From NCBI GenBank assembly GCA_035489615.1, contig DATHKA010000522.1, positions 2,420-66,419 of the forward strand: 64,000 nucleotides of DNA, in the 5' to 3' direction. This document shows positions 11,235-21,874 of the stretch, piece by piece; the stretch's first letter is position 1; each line of letters opens with the position of its first letter. The DNA comes from Chryseolinea sp. GTDB lineage: Bacteria; Bacteroidota; Bacteroidia; Cytophagales; Cyclobacteriaceae. The position numbers and the translations under genes are program-made. The notes beneath the pieces were generated by a model. It was not told where the DNA came from and searched no databases. It was given only the letters and a program-made list of their open reading frames with translations.

Positions 11235-12761
11235 TTATTCCACATCCCACCATACGCGGGTTTCCAGTGAGTTTCCACCCTGCCGCGAAATAGCTTCCTG
11301 TACGTTCGCCACGTTGATGCCGAGCTCGGTGTCCGGATACGTGAGCTTCCGAATGAAGTTGCCTGATATATCTTTACCTGGGTAAGGATTTGGATCGAGA
11401 GCCGGATATCCAGTCCGTCTGAAATTCGCGAACGCCTCCGGCCCGTTTAGAAATGATACTACCCAGTACTGCGTGTTGATATCGTCCATCGCGTTGCCAG
11501 GGTGCAAGGGATGGGCCGCTACGTAGGCATCGATGTCGGCTATAGCAACTGCCGACGACGTCGAGTAAGTTGTCATCTCCAGCATGTGGGCACGGATGGC
11601 TTGTTCATACAGCGCGGCCGCATCTCCCGTTGTCCAACCGCGAAACACAGCTTCTGCAAGGAGCAGTTTGGTTTGCGCGTGACTGACGAGATAACAGGGA
11701 GCGTCAATTTTGCCCATTCTGAACCGGTCCAATTGTGAATAATCGTAGAAACTGGCGAGGCCGTCGGCCGTTGCCCGTGCCACAATGGTGCCGTTGTCAT
11801 ATCCCATCGGCATACCAACCTGCACGGCCGGATCAAAATTAGCCGCTGCGGGTGTTTGCTGCGGGCCACTGGCTGCGCCTACGTAGCGAACAGCAATGGA
11901 CTTGAGTCGCGGATCATTGTTAGCTTTGAGGTAGTTAACAAATGGAGCGGCGAGATAATAGTTATTTGCTTCTGCGCTGTTCACAAAATTCCCAACGGCA
12001 TTGTTATACAAACTGGAATGACGAACCTGAGCACTGCCGAGATTGGATGAGATCACCCCGCCCGCTACTGCCTTGGCCACGTATGTTTTCGCTGTTTCCG
12101 CATCAACTTTTGATAGGCGCATGGCGGCACGCAGCATCAAAGAATATCCAAAGGATTTCCACAAAGCGACGTCTCCGGCATACAGCACATCCGTTGTTAC
12201 CGTAGGCTTTGCCGGATCAAGGGCCGCACATGCCTGTTCGAGTTCGCTGAGGATGTCTGCATAAATGGCCTGCTGCGCGTCGTACTTGGGTAACGATACG
12301 CCAGCGATGTAGCCTAGACCTGCTTCACTGTAGGGAATGTCACCATATGAATCAGTCAATATCATAGAACCAAATGCCCGGAGTATTCTCGCCGATTGAT
12401 ACAAGTTTGACATGGCGTCATCTTCGCGCGACGCGTTCATCACGTCAGCAAGCGATTTCATAACATCCCGGTAGTACCGGACCCAGTTGGCGCCGTTCCT
12501 CGGTTTGTTGTCCTGATTGAAATTTCCTCCGCCCAGTACACCGCCGAACGGTGTGACAATCTGCTGCACGATAGGCAATTCGAATACTATTATTTCAAGA
12601 GGGAAAGACGATAGAACGATTGCGTTATTCAGCAAGAACGCAGGATCCATTGTGGTGGGCGAAGTCTTGCTGATATTAAGTTCGTCAAAGCCATTGTCGC
12701 ACGCGGGCAACATGACAAGGGTCGTAAGGCAAATGAATAAATGTATGCTTGCTCGTTTCAT
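11235..12761 (-). CDS. susD: SusD/RagB-family outer-membrane lipoprotein
   Basis: Lipobox LPAC, LTDSYGDIPYSEA, EAFANFRRTGYP and RVWWD terminus; directly downstream of susC. Confidence 0.92.
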   Translation of the reverse strand: MKRASIHLFICLTTLVMLPACDNGFDELNISKTSPTTMDPAFLLNNAIVLSSFPLEIIVFELPIVQQIVTPFGGVLGGGNFNQDNKPRNGANWVRYYRDVMKSLADVMNASREDDAMSNLYQSARILRAFGSMILTDSYGDIPYSEAGLGYIAGVSLPKYDAQQAIYADILSELEQACAALDPAKPTVTTDVLYAGDVALWKSFGYSLMLRAAMRLSKVDAETAKTYVAKAVAGGVISSNLGSAQVRHSSLYNNAVGNFVNSAEANNYYLAAPFVNYLKANNDPRLKSIAVRYVGAASGPQQTPAAANFDPAVQVGMPMGYDNGTIVARATADGLASFYDYSQLDRFRMGKIDAPCYLVSHAQTKLLLAEAVFRGWTTGDAAALYEQAIRAHMLEMTTYSTSSAVAIADIDAYVAAHPLHPGNAMDDINTQYWVVSFLNGPEAFANFRRTGYPALDPNPYPGKDISGNFIRKLTYPDTELGINVANVQEAISRQGGNSLETRVWWDVE

Positions 12762-12784
12762 TTTAACTCCAGCGTCGCTGGTCA

Positions 12785-15700
12785 TTAGAATTTGACATTA
12801 AGATTAAATCCGATGCTTCTGCTTGTAGGCAGACCTGTACCTTCGAGGCCCACCTCGCGGTCCGAGACGTTGCCAAATTGTTCAGGGTCAATGTTTGGCA
12901 CCCATTTTTTAAGAATAGCCACGTTGTTGGCCACGGCGCTAACCTTTACTCCTTTGACGAAACTGCCGACTGGGAGGAACTTAGTAAAATCGTATCCAAG
13001 AGTAATTTGTCGCAACTTCCAGAAGCCGGCGTTGTAGGCGAATTCCTCGCGTATACCGCTCGTATTTACAGTCTCATAGTATGTTTGCAAGGGCGTTTGA
13101 ACCGCGTTTGTTTCTCCGTTTGGATTCACACCATCGCCCACAACGTATCCCTGTTCCCTGCCATTGAGCGTCTCCTTATGTAAGCCGTGGCGCCATAGGT
13201 TGAAATTGGTCGCCGAACCCAGGTAATGTCCGAGCTTGAAGTCTATCAGGAAGGAGAATGAAACGCCATAAACGTTTAATGAGTTGGTGATCCCTCCAAA
13301 GTAACGCGGTACCGCAGTGCCAACACGGATAGGGCTTGGTCCCCGGAGCGGACGGCCATTGTTGGGATCAAAAACTTGTCTGCCCTGGTCGTCGCGCAGA
13401 TAGGACGTCACGTAGAGTCCGCCCACCTGTTCGCCGACGACCTGTCGGATCGAGTTGTTGCCGGGATCGCCACCGACGACAATCTCATTTACGCCAGGGC
13501 CAAGGTTTAGGACTTCAGATGTATTGTAAGATCCATTGAAGCTTACATCCCAACGTACGTTGGATGACTGAACGGGTGTGCCTGTGACCAGCAGTTCAAT
13601 TCCATTGTTCTTACTCTCCCCGACATTGATGAGCTTGGCCGTGTATCCCGAACCGTCGGAGATTTGCGCGGCCAGGATTTGGTCGCGACTGATCTTGTTA
13701 TAGTACGTAAAGTCCAGGCCGACACGATTTTCGAAGAACTTCAACTCGAATCCAACTTCAGCTTCTGACACGCGCATGGGCTTCAGGTCCGGGTTAGGAA
13801 CGGTTGTGGTCGGAATAACACCGACAGGCTGTGCAGCGCCCAGTGGGTTATTAAACAAATTGTTGTTCACGCTGTAGTAAAGGCTATTGGCATACGGTGC
13901 CACATCAGCGTCGCTCCCCACTTCAGCGTAGCCAGCTCGTATTTTTCCGTATGACAACCACTCTGGCAAATTCTGGAACGCTTGAGTGAACACGAAGCTT
14001 CCGTTTACCGAGGGATAGAGAATGCTCCGGTTGGCGGGTGCTAAAGTAGAGAACCAGTCGTTTCTAGCCGTGACGTTGAGATACAGATACTCCTTGTAGG
14101 AAAATTCCGCGGCGCCATAAAGCGAGTTGATCTTTCTCTCCGAGAGGTCATAGAAGGGATCTTTTACGCGACCATTCATAACGGTATAGAGGTCGCGTAT
14201 AACAAAGTCCTGTACCAGTACTACGTTCTGGTCGTAGCGGGAATATCGCTGGTTGCCACCGAGCGTGATATCGACTGCAAAATCACCGAACTTGCGATTT
14301 GCGCCAATGAGAAAGTCAGTATTGAGTTCGCGGGAGCGGATGACTTCCTGGGTATAACGACCGTTGACAAATCCGGCCGGCGCAGCAGCGTTGGAAGCCC
14401 GCCCGGTCGGATCGTTGAAGTCATGATCGCGGGAGAAATAGTCTTGTCCGATTCGACCTTGTACGTACAGCCAATCCGTGAAATTGTATCGCGCCGTAAT
14501 ATTGCCAAATAGCCGGTCGCGCAACACGTTTTCGAAGCGGTCATACACCGATATGTAGGGATTGGTTCTGTTCCTGAACCGCGACCAAACAAATTCGTTG
14601 CCACTTGCATCGAAGCGTTTAGCACTCAGTAAGTCGAGGGGCATCGAATTAGACATCGTGTAGATCACCACCGGCGTGCTGATATCTTGTCCGCCAATGA
14701 CAACGGGATTCTTGTTATCCTCCCGTGAATAGGCAAGGTTGCCGGAGATGACAAGCTTCTTTCCCAGTTTCTGATTGAATCCGAGGTTGATCGTCTTGCG
14801 GTTGAAAACTGTATTTGGCTGGATACTCTTATTGTCCATGTTTGACAGCGAGAGATTGAGTCCTCCATTTTCGCCGGCCGTGGACATCGACACCGTGTTG
14901 GTCCAGGTGCTTCCCACGCGATAGAATTTCTTTATCCTGTCCCGTACCGCCTCGTAGGGAACCTCGACTCCATCGAACAACACTTGCGTCATTCCTGGCT
15001 GAAATTTTTCGCCGAAGCTCCAGACACCAGAGGTTGGATTAGGCGTCGTAGGGCGCACACCGAATTCACCCTGTCCGTACTCGTATTGAAAGTCAGTGAA
15101 ATCAAGCGGTGTATCTGACGTGTAGTTGCTGTTAAATTCAACACCGATTCCGCGTCCTTTTCCGGTCGACTTTGTCGTAATCATGATTACGCCATCTTTC
15201 GCGCGCGACCCGTAAAGGGCTGCAGCGGCGCCACCCTTAAGCACGGTCATCGACTCTATGTCGTCGGGATTAATGCTCGACAGTCCGTCTCCTCCGTCTG
15301 TTGTACCGGTGGCACCTCTTCCGGCAAAACTGCCACCCACGCCAAATGATGTGTTGTCTATAGGCACCCCGTTGACTACGATGAGGGGACTGTTCACGGA
15401 CCCAAAAGATGACTGGCCGCGAATGCGGATCTTGCTAGAGCCCGACGGGCCAGTACCCATGGGGGTAATGTTAACGCCCGCCATTTTCCCTTGCAGGCTG
15501 TTTACGAAGTTAGTGGTCCGGTTCTCCGTGATCTGATCCGGCGTCGCCGTACTGGTAGCGTAGCCCAGGCGTTTTGTCTCTTTCTTAATACCCAAGGCTG
15601 TCACGACGACTTCCTCTAAGGAATGTACTTCCGGTTCAAGAGCGACATCGATAACTGTGCGACCCGCCACAGCGACCTCAACCACTTTATAACCGACAAA

Positions 15701-16321
15701 AGAAAAAACTAATACCGCAGACTGTTCGTCGGCCGACAAGGTGTACTTTCCGTTGATGTCAGTGGTTGTCCCGGCCGTTGTGCCCTTCACGACAATGTTG
15801 ACACCAGGGAAAGTCAATCCATTTTCATCCTTCACGGTCCCCGAAATCGTTGCCAGAATAGGTACAACTAAAAGCTGTTCCCGCGAGGCTGTACCGGTCA
15901 AGGGATGAGCCATGTCCTCCGCTGTCTGAACCATTTCCGGTGGCATGGCCAGGGCTGAACTTTGTGGCGACCCGGAGGTGCTGGATGTCCGTCGATAGAT
16001 GACGAAGAAATTTTCTCCAGCCTTTTCGTAGTACAATCCTGTTCCGCTCAACAAACTGTCGAGCGCCTGCTCGGGCGCTGTGAACTTGCTGAGGTCAATC
16101 GTCGAAATCTTGTTCTCAATCCATTCATCCTTGTAGGCGATGGATATTTTGAATGATTTTTCCAGCGTCCGCAAAGCGTGGGTGAGCGGACTGACATCCT
16201 TTTGCTGATCGTGTAGTGGTTTCGCTGGACCTGTCAGTGAAGCATACATCGCCGCCTCCTGGGGCATCGCCCGCAGGAACATGAACAGCAACATGAGAAA
16301 TAGTAAGTAGCGCTTCTTCAT
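12785..16321 (-). CDS. susC: SusC/RagA TonB-dependent transporter with N-terminal signalling (STN-like) extension
   Basis: 1178 aa; LEEVVVTALGI TonB-box region, PLIVVNGVP, LKGGAAAALYGSRAKDGVIMITTK plug; C-terminal Phe. Confidence 0.95.
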   Translation of the reverse strand: MKKRYLLFLMLLFMFLRAMPQEAAMYASLTGPAKPLHDQQKDVSPLTHALRTLEKSFKISIAYKDEWIENKISTIDLSKFTAPEQALDSLLSGTGLYYEKAGENFFVIYRRTSSTSGSPQSSALAMPPEMVQTAEDMAHPLTGTASREQLLVVPILATISGTVKDENGLTFPGVNIVVKGTTAGTTTDINGKYTLSADEQSAVLVFSFVGYKVVEVAVAGRTVIDVALEPEVHSLEEVVVTALGIKKETKRLGYATSTATPDQITENRTTNFVNSLQGKMAGVNITPMGTGPSGSSKIRIRGQSSFGSVNSPLIVVNGVPIDNTSFGVGGSFAGRGATGTTDGGDGLSSINPDDIESMTVLKGGAAAALYGSRAKDGVIMITTKSTGKGRGIGVEFNSNYTSDTPLDFTDFQYEYGQGEFGVRPTTPNPTSGVWSFGEKFQPGMTQVLFDGVEVPYEAVRDRIKKFYRVGSTWTNTVSMSTAGENGGLNLSLSNMDNKSIQPNTVFNRKTINLGFNQKLGKKLVISGNLAYSREDNKNPVVIGGQDISTPVVIYTMSNSMPLDLLSAKRFDASGNEFVWSRFRNRTNPYISVYDRFENVLRDRLFGNITARYNFTDWLYVQGRIGQDYFSRDHDFNDPTGRASNAAAPAGFVNGRYTQEVIRSRELNTDFLIGANRKFGDFAVDITLGGNQRYSRYDQNVVLVQDFVIRDLYTVMNGRVKDPFYDLSERKINSLYGAAEFSYKEYLYLNVTARNDWFSTLAPANRSILYPSVNGSFVFTQAFQNLPEWLSYGKIRAGYAEVGSDADVAPYANSLYYSVNNNLFNNPLGAAQPVGVIPTTTVPNPDLKPMRVSEAEVGFELKFFENRVGLDFTYYNKISRDQILAAQISDGSGYTAKLINVGESKNNGIELLVTGTPVQSSNVRWDVSFNGSYNTSEVLNLGPGVNEIVVGGDPGNNSIRQVVGEQVGGLYVTSYLRDDQGRQVFDPNNGRPLRGPSPIRVGTAVPRYFGGITNSLNVYGVSFSFLIDFKLGHYLGSATNFNLWRHGLHKETLNGREQGYVVGDGVNPNGETNAVQTPLQTYYETVNTSGIREEFAYNAGFWKLRQITLGYDFTKFLPVGSFVKGVKVSAVANNVAILKKWVPNIDPEQFGNVSDREVGLEGTGLPTSRSIGFNLNVKF

Positions 16322-16368
16322 AGTTGACGTATTGTTGGTTTGACGTTTATTACTGTATTGGAATTCTA

Positions 16369-17367
16369 TTATTCCTGCATGAAAGCTTCAATTTTTACAT
16401 AGTTTCCGTTTCGCGTCATCTTCACACGATATGCCATCGCCAGCTGTTTTAATAAAGCGTCGGCGTTTCCGTGAGGCATAGATCCTGAGACTGTCTCTGC
16501 CAGCAGTTTGGTGTCGGGGATATCAACGGTAAGGCCATACGTATCGCGAAGCATCTGCACCATCTCAGCAAGGGAGGTATGATCGAGGATAATCTTGTTT
16601 GTCGTCCAGGCGGTATAGAGCAACGGATTGACATCCCGCTTGCTGTAGCGTTTCGCCTTGTACTCCACCATTTCGCCGGGCTTCATGGTAATGGCTTCAG
16701 CGGACTGCTCAACCGGTATGTTCATTCTGATCTGGCCCGTGTTCAAGACAACTTTCGTTTCCTCCACACGATTGTAGACATTGAACGTCGTGCCCAGCAC
16801 CTCGACGCGCACACCCTGTGCAGCGTGGACGACGAACCGTTGATCATTTTTTTTGTGCTGAACATCGAAGTAAGCTTCCCCCTCTATCCAAAGATCACGA
16901 GGTTTTGTAGTGTCCCACGGCGACTTTAATGTCAGCGTAGAATTAGCATTCAACACGACCGAGGATCCATCTGGCAGGGTGATTCGCCGCGTCTCGCCAT
17001 AGGGGACAGAATATTCTTTCCAGGGTTTGTTCCATTGCGTGAGGACAAATGTGGACAGCAACAGTATCGTTGCCGCTGCGGCTACGGCCGCGTATATGAC
17101 GGCACGCTTGCGTCCCGGTTCGACCAGGGATTCAGTCTGCCCGATGCGCGTCCAAAGCGCGGTTACCTCGCCGGGCGAAAGACTATGACGTTCAAATTGA
17201 AGCGCCCCCAGTAAACGTTTTGCTTCCTGTACTTCTATGATTTTTTCCGGGTGTTCTTTCATCCAAAGCTGCCAGAAACGCTCTGTTCCTTCGTCCGGAT
17301 GAAATACCCAATTTTGGAAATACTCGTCTTTTATAAAATCGCGAACTGAATAGTCACTATACTTCAT
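16369..17367 (-). CDS. FecR-family anti-sigma factor
   Basis: Single TM; LPDGS.V.LNANS.L, GEAYFDV and VLGTTFNV motifs. Confidence 0.92.
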   Translation of the reverse strand: MKYSDYSVRDFIKDEYFQNWVFHPDEGTERFWQLWMKEHPEKIIEVQEAKRLLGALQFERHSLSPGEVTALWTRIGQTESLVEPGRKRAVIYAAVAAAATILLLSTFVLTQWNKPWKEYSVPYGETRRITLPDGSSVVLNANSTLTLKSPWDTTKPRDLWIEGEAYFDVQHKKNDQRFVVHAAQGVRVEVLGTTFNVYNRVEETKVVLNTGQIRMNIPVEQSAEAITMKPGEMVEYKAKRYSKRDVNPLLYTAWTTNKIILDHTSLAEMVQMLRDTYGLTVDIPDTKLLAETVSGSMPHGNADALLKQLAMAYRVKMTRNGNYVKIEAFMQE

Positions 17368-17465
17368 GCAGCCCTAAGAGGCATGCAGGCACCCGATCTC
17401 ATCAGTTATTTTAAATTATTTTTTTAGTGAACCGAACACCCACAGAGGTTCGCGTCAAAAAGCCA

Positions 17466-18092
17466 CTACTTGCCCATGGAACGGCGGAGATTACTCAGGG
17501 CCTTGCTGATGATGTTGTAGATAGAATCAACGTGAAGATCCATCACCAACGCAATTTCTGCGTAAGTAAGATCATTGTAAAACTTGAGAAAAATTGCTTC
17601 GCGCTGCCGGCGAGTTAGAGATTTGATAGCGGAGCCAAGTTTCAGAAGGACCAATTCAGCCTGTTCAACGCTTACGATCGTACTTTCAATAGGCGGCACG
17701 ACGTCAAATTCAGCGGCCGGTGAAAGTTTCATCATGAACCGGCGACGCCACGTGACCCTTTTGATCAGAAGCCTGCGAAAAGACATGATCAGATAGGCAT
17801 TGACAGAGTGAATTACATCGAGTTGCTGACGACGAGTCCACAATGTTGCAAACAATTCCTGCATACAATCCAGAACGAGGTCATGATCATGGCACAAATG
17901 AATGCCGAAATTATAGAGTTTCTGCACGTACTTTTTATACAGTACAGAGAATGCCAATGCATTGTCTTTCGTGACGTTCTCCCAGAGGTGTTCATCATCC
18001 AATTCTGCATTCTTATCCCCTGACCATTTTCCGGATTGCGGGTTAAGTGGGGGTTCCGGGTCGAATAGCATGAGGGATAGGTAAACTTGCAA
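17466..18092 (-). CDS. ECF sigma-70 factor (FecI-like)
   Basis: Region 2 (AFSVLYKKY..LYNFG...QELF..LW) and region 4 (LT.RQREAIFLKFYNDLTYAEIA); upstream of fecR-susC. True start may be slightly downstream. Confidence 0.9.
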   Translation of the reverse strand: MQVYLSLMLFDPEPPLNPQSGKWSGDKNAELDDEHLWENVTKDNALAFSVLYKKYVQKLYNFGIHLCHDHDLVLDCMQELFATLWTRRQQLDVIHSVNAYLIMSFRRLLIKRVTWRRRFMMKLSPAAEFDVVPPIESTIVSVEQAELVLLKLGSAIKSLTRRQREAIFLKFYNDLTYAEIALVMDLHVDSIYNIISKALSNLRRSMGK

Positions 18093-18475
18093 TCGAATTA
18101 ACCGAAAACGTTTGAAGTGTGCAAATTTTCGCGTTTTGCTCCCTTTTTCGGGCGTTGTGTGCGGTCACATCCAATCAGCCTGATCAAGCTAAAAGGCATT
18201 TTCCTTTAACTCCAGGGTTAAGGCGTGGGGTGTTTTTACAGCTGCCCCGTCGATTATCCCGACCGGTATACTGCCGTTATGTTGCACAGAAAATACGGTT
18301 CATTGTCCGATACGAGGGCGTCTTTTTTTTCCGATACCCAGAACGAACAGCAGGGTCAAGCCGCACCGTTCGAAGTGAAGCCTTGGTGGATATTCACGAA
18401 AGAATAACGTTTGGTTTGCTGCATGATATTTTCCACTTTCCTCCCACCAACAACCACACCCTACTGGTCCATATC

Positions 18476-19282
18476 ATGAGTGTACTAAAGAAATTAAGAG
18501 ACGGCAAGCGCGTGTACGGAACGGCCTTTACAGCCACGGCACCTTCCTGGCCGCTGAGCTTACAGAAAGCAGGACTTGATTTTGCGTTTATAGACAACGA
18601 GCATATTTCGATGAACAGGGCCGACCTGGCTAAATTATGTCAGGTGATAAAATCCTATGGAATTTCTCCAATTGTCCGGATTCCGAGTCCCGATCCGTAT
18701 CTCGCGTCTCAGGCAATTGATGCGGGTGCCGTGGGAGTGGTGGCACCCTATCTCGAGTCAGTTGACCAGATCCGCGACCTGGTCGGCGCGGTGAAATACA
18801 AACCGCTAAAAGGAGAGGTGCTCGATCAAGTATTGAAAGGTGAAGAAACGTTGAATGAGAAAACGCAAGCATACGTGGAAAGGCTTAACGCCGGAAATAT
18901 GGCGATTGCCAATATTGAAAGTGTTCCTGCCATCAACAAACTTGATGAGCTGTTATCCGTGCCTGGTCTGGATGCCGTTTTTATCGGCCCGCATGATCTT
19001 TCCGTAAGCCTTGGTCATCCGGAGGAATATGACCACCCTGTATTTGAAGCGGCTGTAAAGAAAATCATACAAACCGCCCGTGGTAAGGGACTGGCAATTG
19101 GAATCCACTTTTCTCTTGAACCCGAACGTCAGATCAAGTGGGTGAAGGAAGGAGCGAACATCATTGTTCACAGCTTTGACATTGCGCTCTTTACGCAACG
19201 ACTGATTCATGATATGAACATTATTAAGGCAGGAGTGGGCGACCAGGTTTCCGCTAAGCAATCGGACGACATGATTATTTAG
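18476..19282 (+). CDS. HpcH/HpaI-family class II aldolase (2-keto-3-deoxy-sugar-acid aldolase)
   Basis: DFAFIDNEH, VRIP, D.GA.GVVAP, NIES and FIGPHDLS motifs. Start moved to ATG 18476 because the upstream ORF extension is not homologous. Confidence 0.88.
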   Translation: MSVLKKLRDGKRVYGTAFTATAPSWPLSLQKAGLDFAFIDNEHISMNRADLAKLCQVIKSYGISPIVRIPSPDPYLASQAIDAGAVGVVAPYLESVDQIRDLVGAVKYKPLKGEVLDQVLKGEETLNEKTQAYVERLNAGNMAIANIESVPAINKLDELLSVPGLDAVFIGPHDLSVSLGHPEEYDHPVFEAAVKKIIQTARGKGLAIGIHFSLEPERQIKWVKEGANIIVHSFDIALFTQRLIHDMNIIKAGVGDQVSAKQSDDMII

Positions 19283-19314
19283 GAATAACGTAATAGTAGA
19301 AACTTTCGCAAGCT

Positions 19315-21747
19315 TTACTTTTTCTGTATCCATATCTCGCCGACCTGTGCGCCCTGTTCACCTTCCGGACAGACAAATGTGAAGATCACGTCTCCGGTTG
19401 ACAAGGCGGCTTTGGGAATATCAAAGGAATAAATGGGTTGGTCGCCTGTCAGGAAGTAATCGTGCACGAGATATCCGTTCGCCGTTAACTTGATACGGGA
19501 ACGCAGCCTTCCCGTGTAGGCGATCCGGATACTATAAGAACTTTTTGCGTCGAGATTTTTATAGTGAATACTCAGTGGCGTGTCGTACAAAGTTCCGGTC
19601 TGCGTCATCCATGCTTTGGGTACGATTTGCCCGCTAAAGCCCCTCGGTAAGACTTCGTGTACCCATTCATCCTCTTTTGTTCCAACGCCAAAGTTTACCA
19701 GGGGTGACTGAAGACCACCTGGATCTTTCAACCAGCCAGGTCCCGGCACAACGTACGGTCTGGCCGCCGGCGTACCGAAATTTGTGTAGATGCCTCCGTC
19801 ACCTGGGTCTGCACGATGTAGCAACGCATGTATTGTTTCAAATGCTTCGTCTTCATTCCTGAGTGCTGCTATTTTTCGTAGTTGATCCGTGAGCCAGGGT
19901 GCGTCATTCAAAGGCACGTCGATGTTGTCGATAAAATTTCCCCGGCCTTCAGCTGCGCCGTGTTTTTTGATAGTCAATTGTGCACCAATACTTTTGAACA
20001 AAGAGTCTGCCAGCACCAGGCATTTAGCTTTGTATGAATCATATTGTGCTGGATCATTTGCCTTCATAAGTACACGTCCTGCTTTGACCAGAGCAACTAC
20101 CGATCCTGTTTGCCTGGCTTGCGACAATGCGCGGTAGGCTTCCTGCTCCAGTTTTGTTTCGCGGATCAATCTCTCTTGGACGAAGGCATCATAGTACGCA
20201 CGAAGCAAACACATCTGAAAGCGGAAGTTCTGCATCATTGGAACAGACGCTTGTTTTTCGAGTGACTGGAAATGCTTCAGCGTCTTGCCCACTTGTTTGT
20301 TGGACAATAATGGTCCGCGTAGATTTTCTTCCAGCTCAAGGATACCTGCTGCAATGGATTTTGCATGATCGGGGCCGATGAAGAACCTGGCATAGTCCTG
20401 AAGAGTTTCTTCCACAGTGATGTGTGGATCCCAATCCTGATCGCTCCATATGAATTTATTGACGTCGTCGTTGGTGCCTTCAGAATAGCTGATGCTTCCC
20501 GTTCCATACCTGGCAAATAGGTTGTGAATGTGTTTTTCATCCGTTGGCCGGGGATTGATGCATTCGCGCCCCAGCGTCATGGCATAGGCAAGGTCCCAAT
20601 CCGGTACAGGGTATTGCGAGCTTAGGCTATGCGTTATGTCGGGATACATTCGAATGGGAATGGAGGCATCAATCAGCATGCGCATGGAATCAACGGGCGT
20701 TTTTATCCAGGGACCGAAAACAACCCCACCAAGCCAGACGTATTTCCGATTCACATGATCGTAAAAAGCGTTCATCCACTTTCTGGTTGGGCGAAAAACC
20801 TGTGGAGACACCCAGATTTTTGCGGTCGGATGGTATTTTTTCAACACTGCTGCTTGCTTCTCCAGCCAGGTAAACAATGCATCTGGCTGCAGTTCGCCCG
20901 GATCTCCACCGGGAACAAACACGGCATCTAACTTTTCCAACGCTGCAAAAACAGTTTCACGTTCATGCAACTCATCCTGTAGTGTTTTTTCGTCGGCGTA
21001 GTCAGTTCCCATGTTCGGATACCACATCCAAACGTCGAGTCCGTAGGATTTGCAGATCCTGGATTGTTCGGCCATCATTTTCATCGGTGCCAGTTTCATG
21101 TGCGCGCTGGTGGCGTCATCATCGGTACGAGGCGGCACAATCTCGATGCTGTTCGTACCAAACAACGCAAGTTCCCGTATGTAGAGATCAAATTGCGCAA
21201 CACTGAAAGCATCATACGAATTTGTTTTTGGTCGATATCCAAGCTGATGGCCGCGGACCGGATACACCGGTGACGATGAAATCGTCGTCGACACAGGCAC
21301 GGAAAAGTTGCCGGCCCGCAGGTCTGCTTTCCGGAGCAATCTTCCGATACCATATAGGATACTTCTTGCATCGTCTCCCGTAATCACGACCGTTTTGGCC
21401 TCAGGCTGCATGAGCAATTTAAATCCATCTTTGCCTGTTGGTGCCATGCGATCGAGGGCTGCCCGTAGGAACGAGGGTAGTATGCTTAGCTCCTCCGTTG
21501 TCGCGAGGATCACTCGTGGCTGTGCTGGAACAGGTGTGGCTTTAAGATCGTGGTTTATCGTTAGGATAATTCCCGTTCGTTTATAAACTTCTTCCTGTAA
21601 AACGGTGATCGGTTTTTGAATGGCTTGCTCTCCCCCGGGCGTTACAAAAATGGAAGCCTGCGAGAAGTTAATGGACTGAGCCAGGCTCACAAACGCGACG
21701 GAAATACCCAACAAGGTCATCGCAAAGCGTTTTATGTCGTGAATCAT
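19315..21747 (-). CDS. Secreted ~810-aa protein of unknown function with GH20/GH67-type N-terminal domain (paralogue A)
   Basis: Signal peptide; ITGDDARSILYGIGRLLR N-domain motif; core motifs shared with paralogue B. Confidence 0.8.
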   Translation of the reverse strand: MIHDIKRFAMTLLGISVAFVSLAQSINFSQASIFVTPGGEQAIQKPITVLQEEVYKRTGIILTINHDLKATPVPAQPRVILATTEELSILPSFLRAALDRMAPTGKDGFKLLMQPEAKTVVITGDDARSILYGIGRLLRKADLRAGNFSVPVSTTISSSPVYPVRGHQLGYRPKTNSYDAFSVAQFDLYIRELALFGTNSIEIVPPRTDDDATSAHMKLAPMKMMAEQSRICKSYGLDVWMWYPNMGTDYADEKTLQDELHERETVFAALEKLDAVFVPGGDPGELQPDALFTWLEKQAAVLKKYHPTAKIWVSPQVFRPTRKWMNAFYDHVNRKYVWLGGVVFGPWIKTPVDSMRMLIDASIPIRMYPDITHSLSSQYPVPDWDLAYAMTLGRECINPRPTDEKHIHNLFARYGTGSISYSEGTNDDVNKFIWSDQDWDPHITVEETLQDYARFFIGPDHAKSIAAGILELEENLRGPLLSNKQVGKTLKHFQSLEKQASVPMMQNFRFQMCLLRAYYDAFVQERLIRETKLEQEAYRALSQARQTGSVVALVKAGRVLMKANDPAQYDSYKAKCLVLADSLFKSIGAQLTIKKHGAAEGRGNFIDNIDVPLNDAPWLTDQLRKIAALRNEDEAFETIHALLHRADPGDGGIYTNFGTPAARPYVVPGPGWLKDPGGLQSPLVNFGVGTKEDEWVHEVLPRGFSGQIVPKAWMTQTGTLYDTPLSIHYKNLDAKSSYSIRIAYTGRLRSRIKLTANGYLVHDYFLTGDQPIYSFDIPKAALSTGDVIFTFVCPEGEQGAQVGEIWIQKK

Positions 21748-21874
21748 AGTGGTTGGCCTTTCAAAAACACGTGAATTGAATACTTAGATGCGCGAAATGC
21801 GGTAAGCAGGCGTGGTCATTCTTTTTACCTTACCCGGATGGCAATCATCACTTCCAATAAAAATTAAGGTACTC

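Noticed and set aside
18119-18475. Long N-terminal extension of the aldolase ORF
   Set aside because: Non-homologous and overlaps the divergent promoter region; ATG 18476 gives a normal HpcH length.
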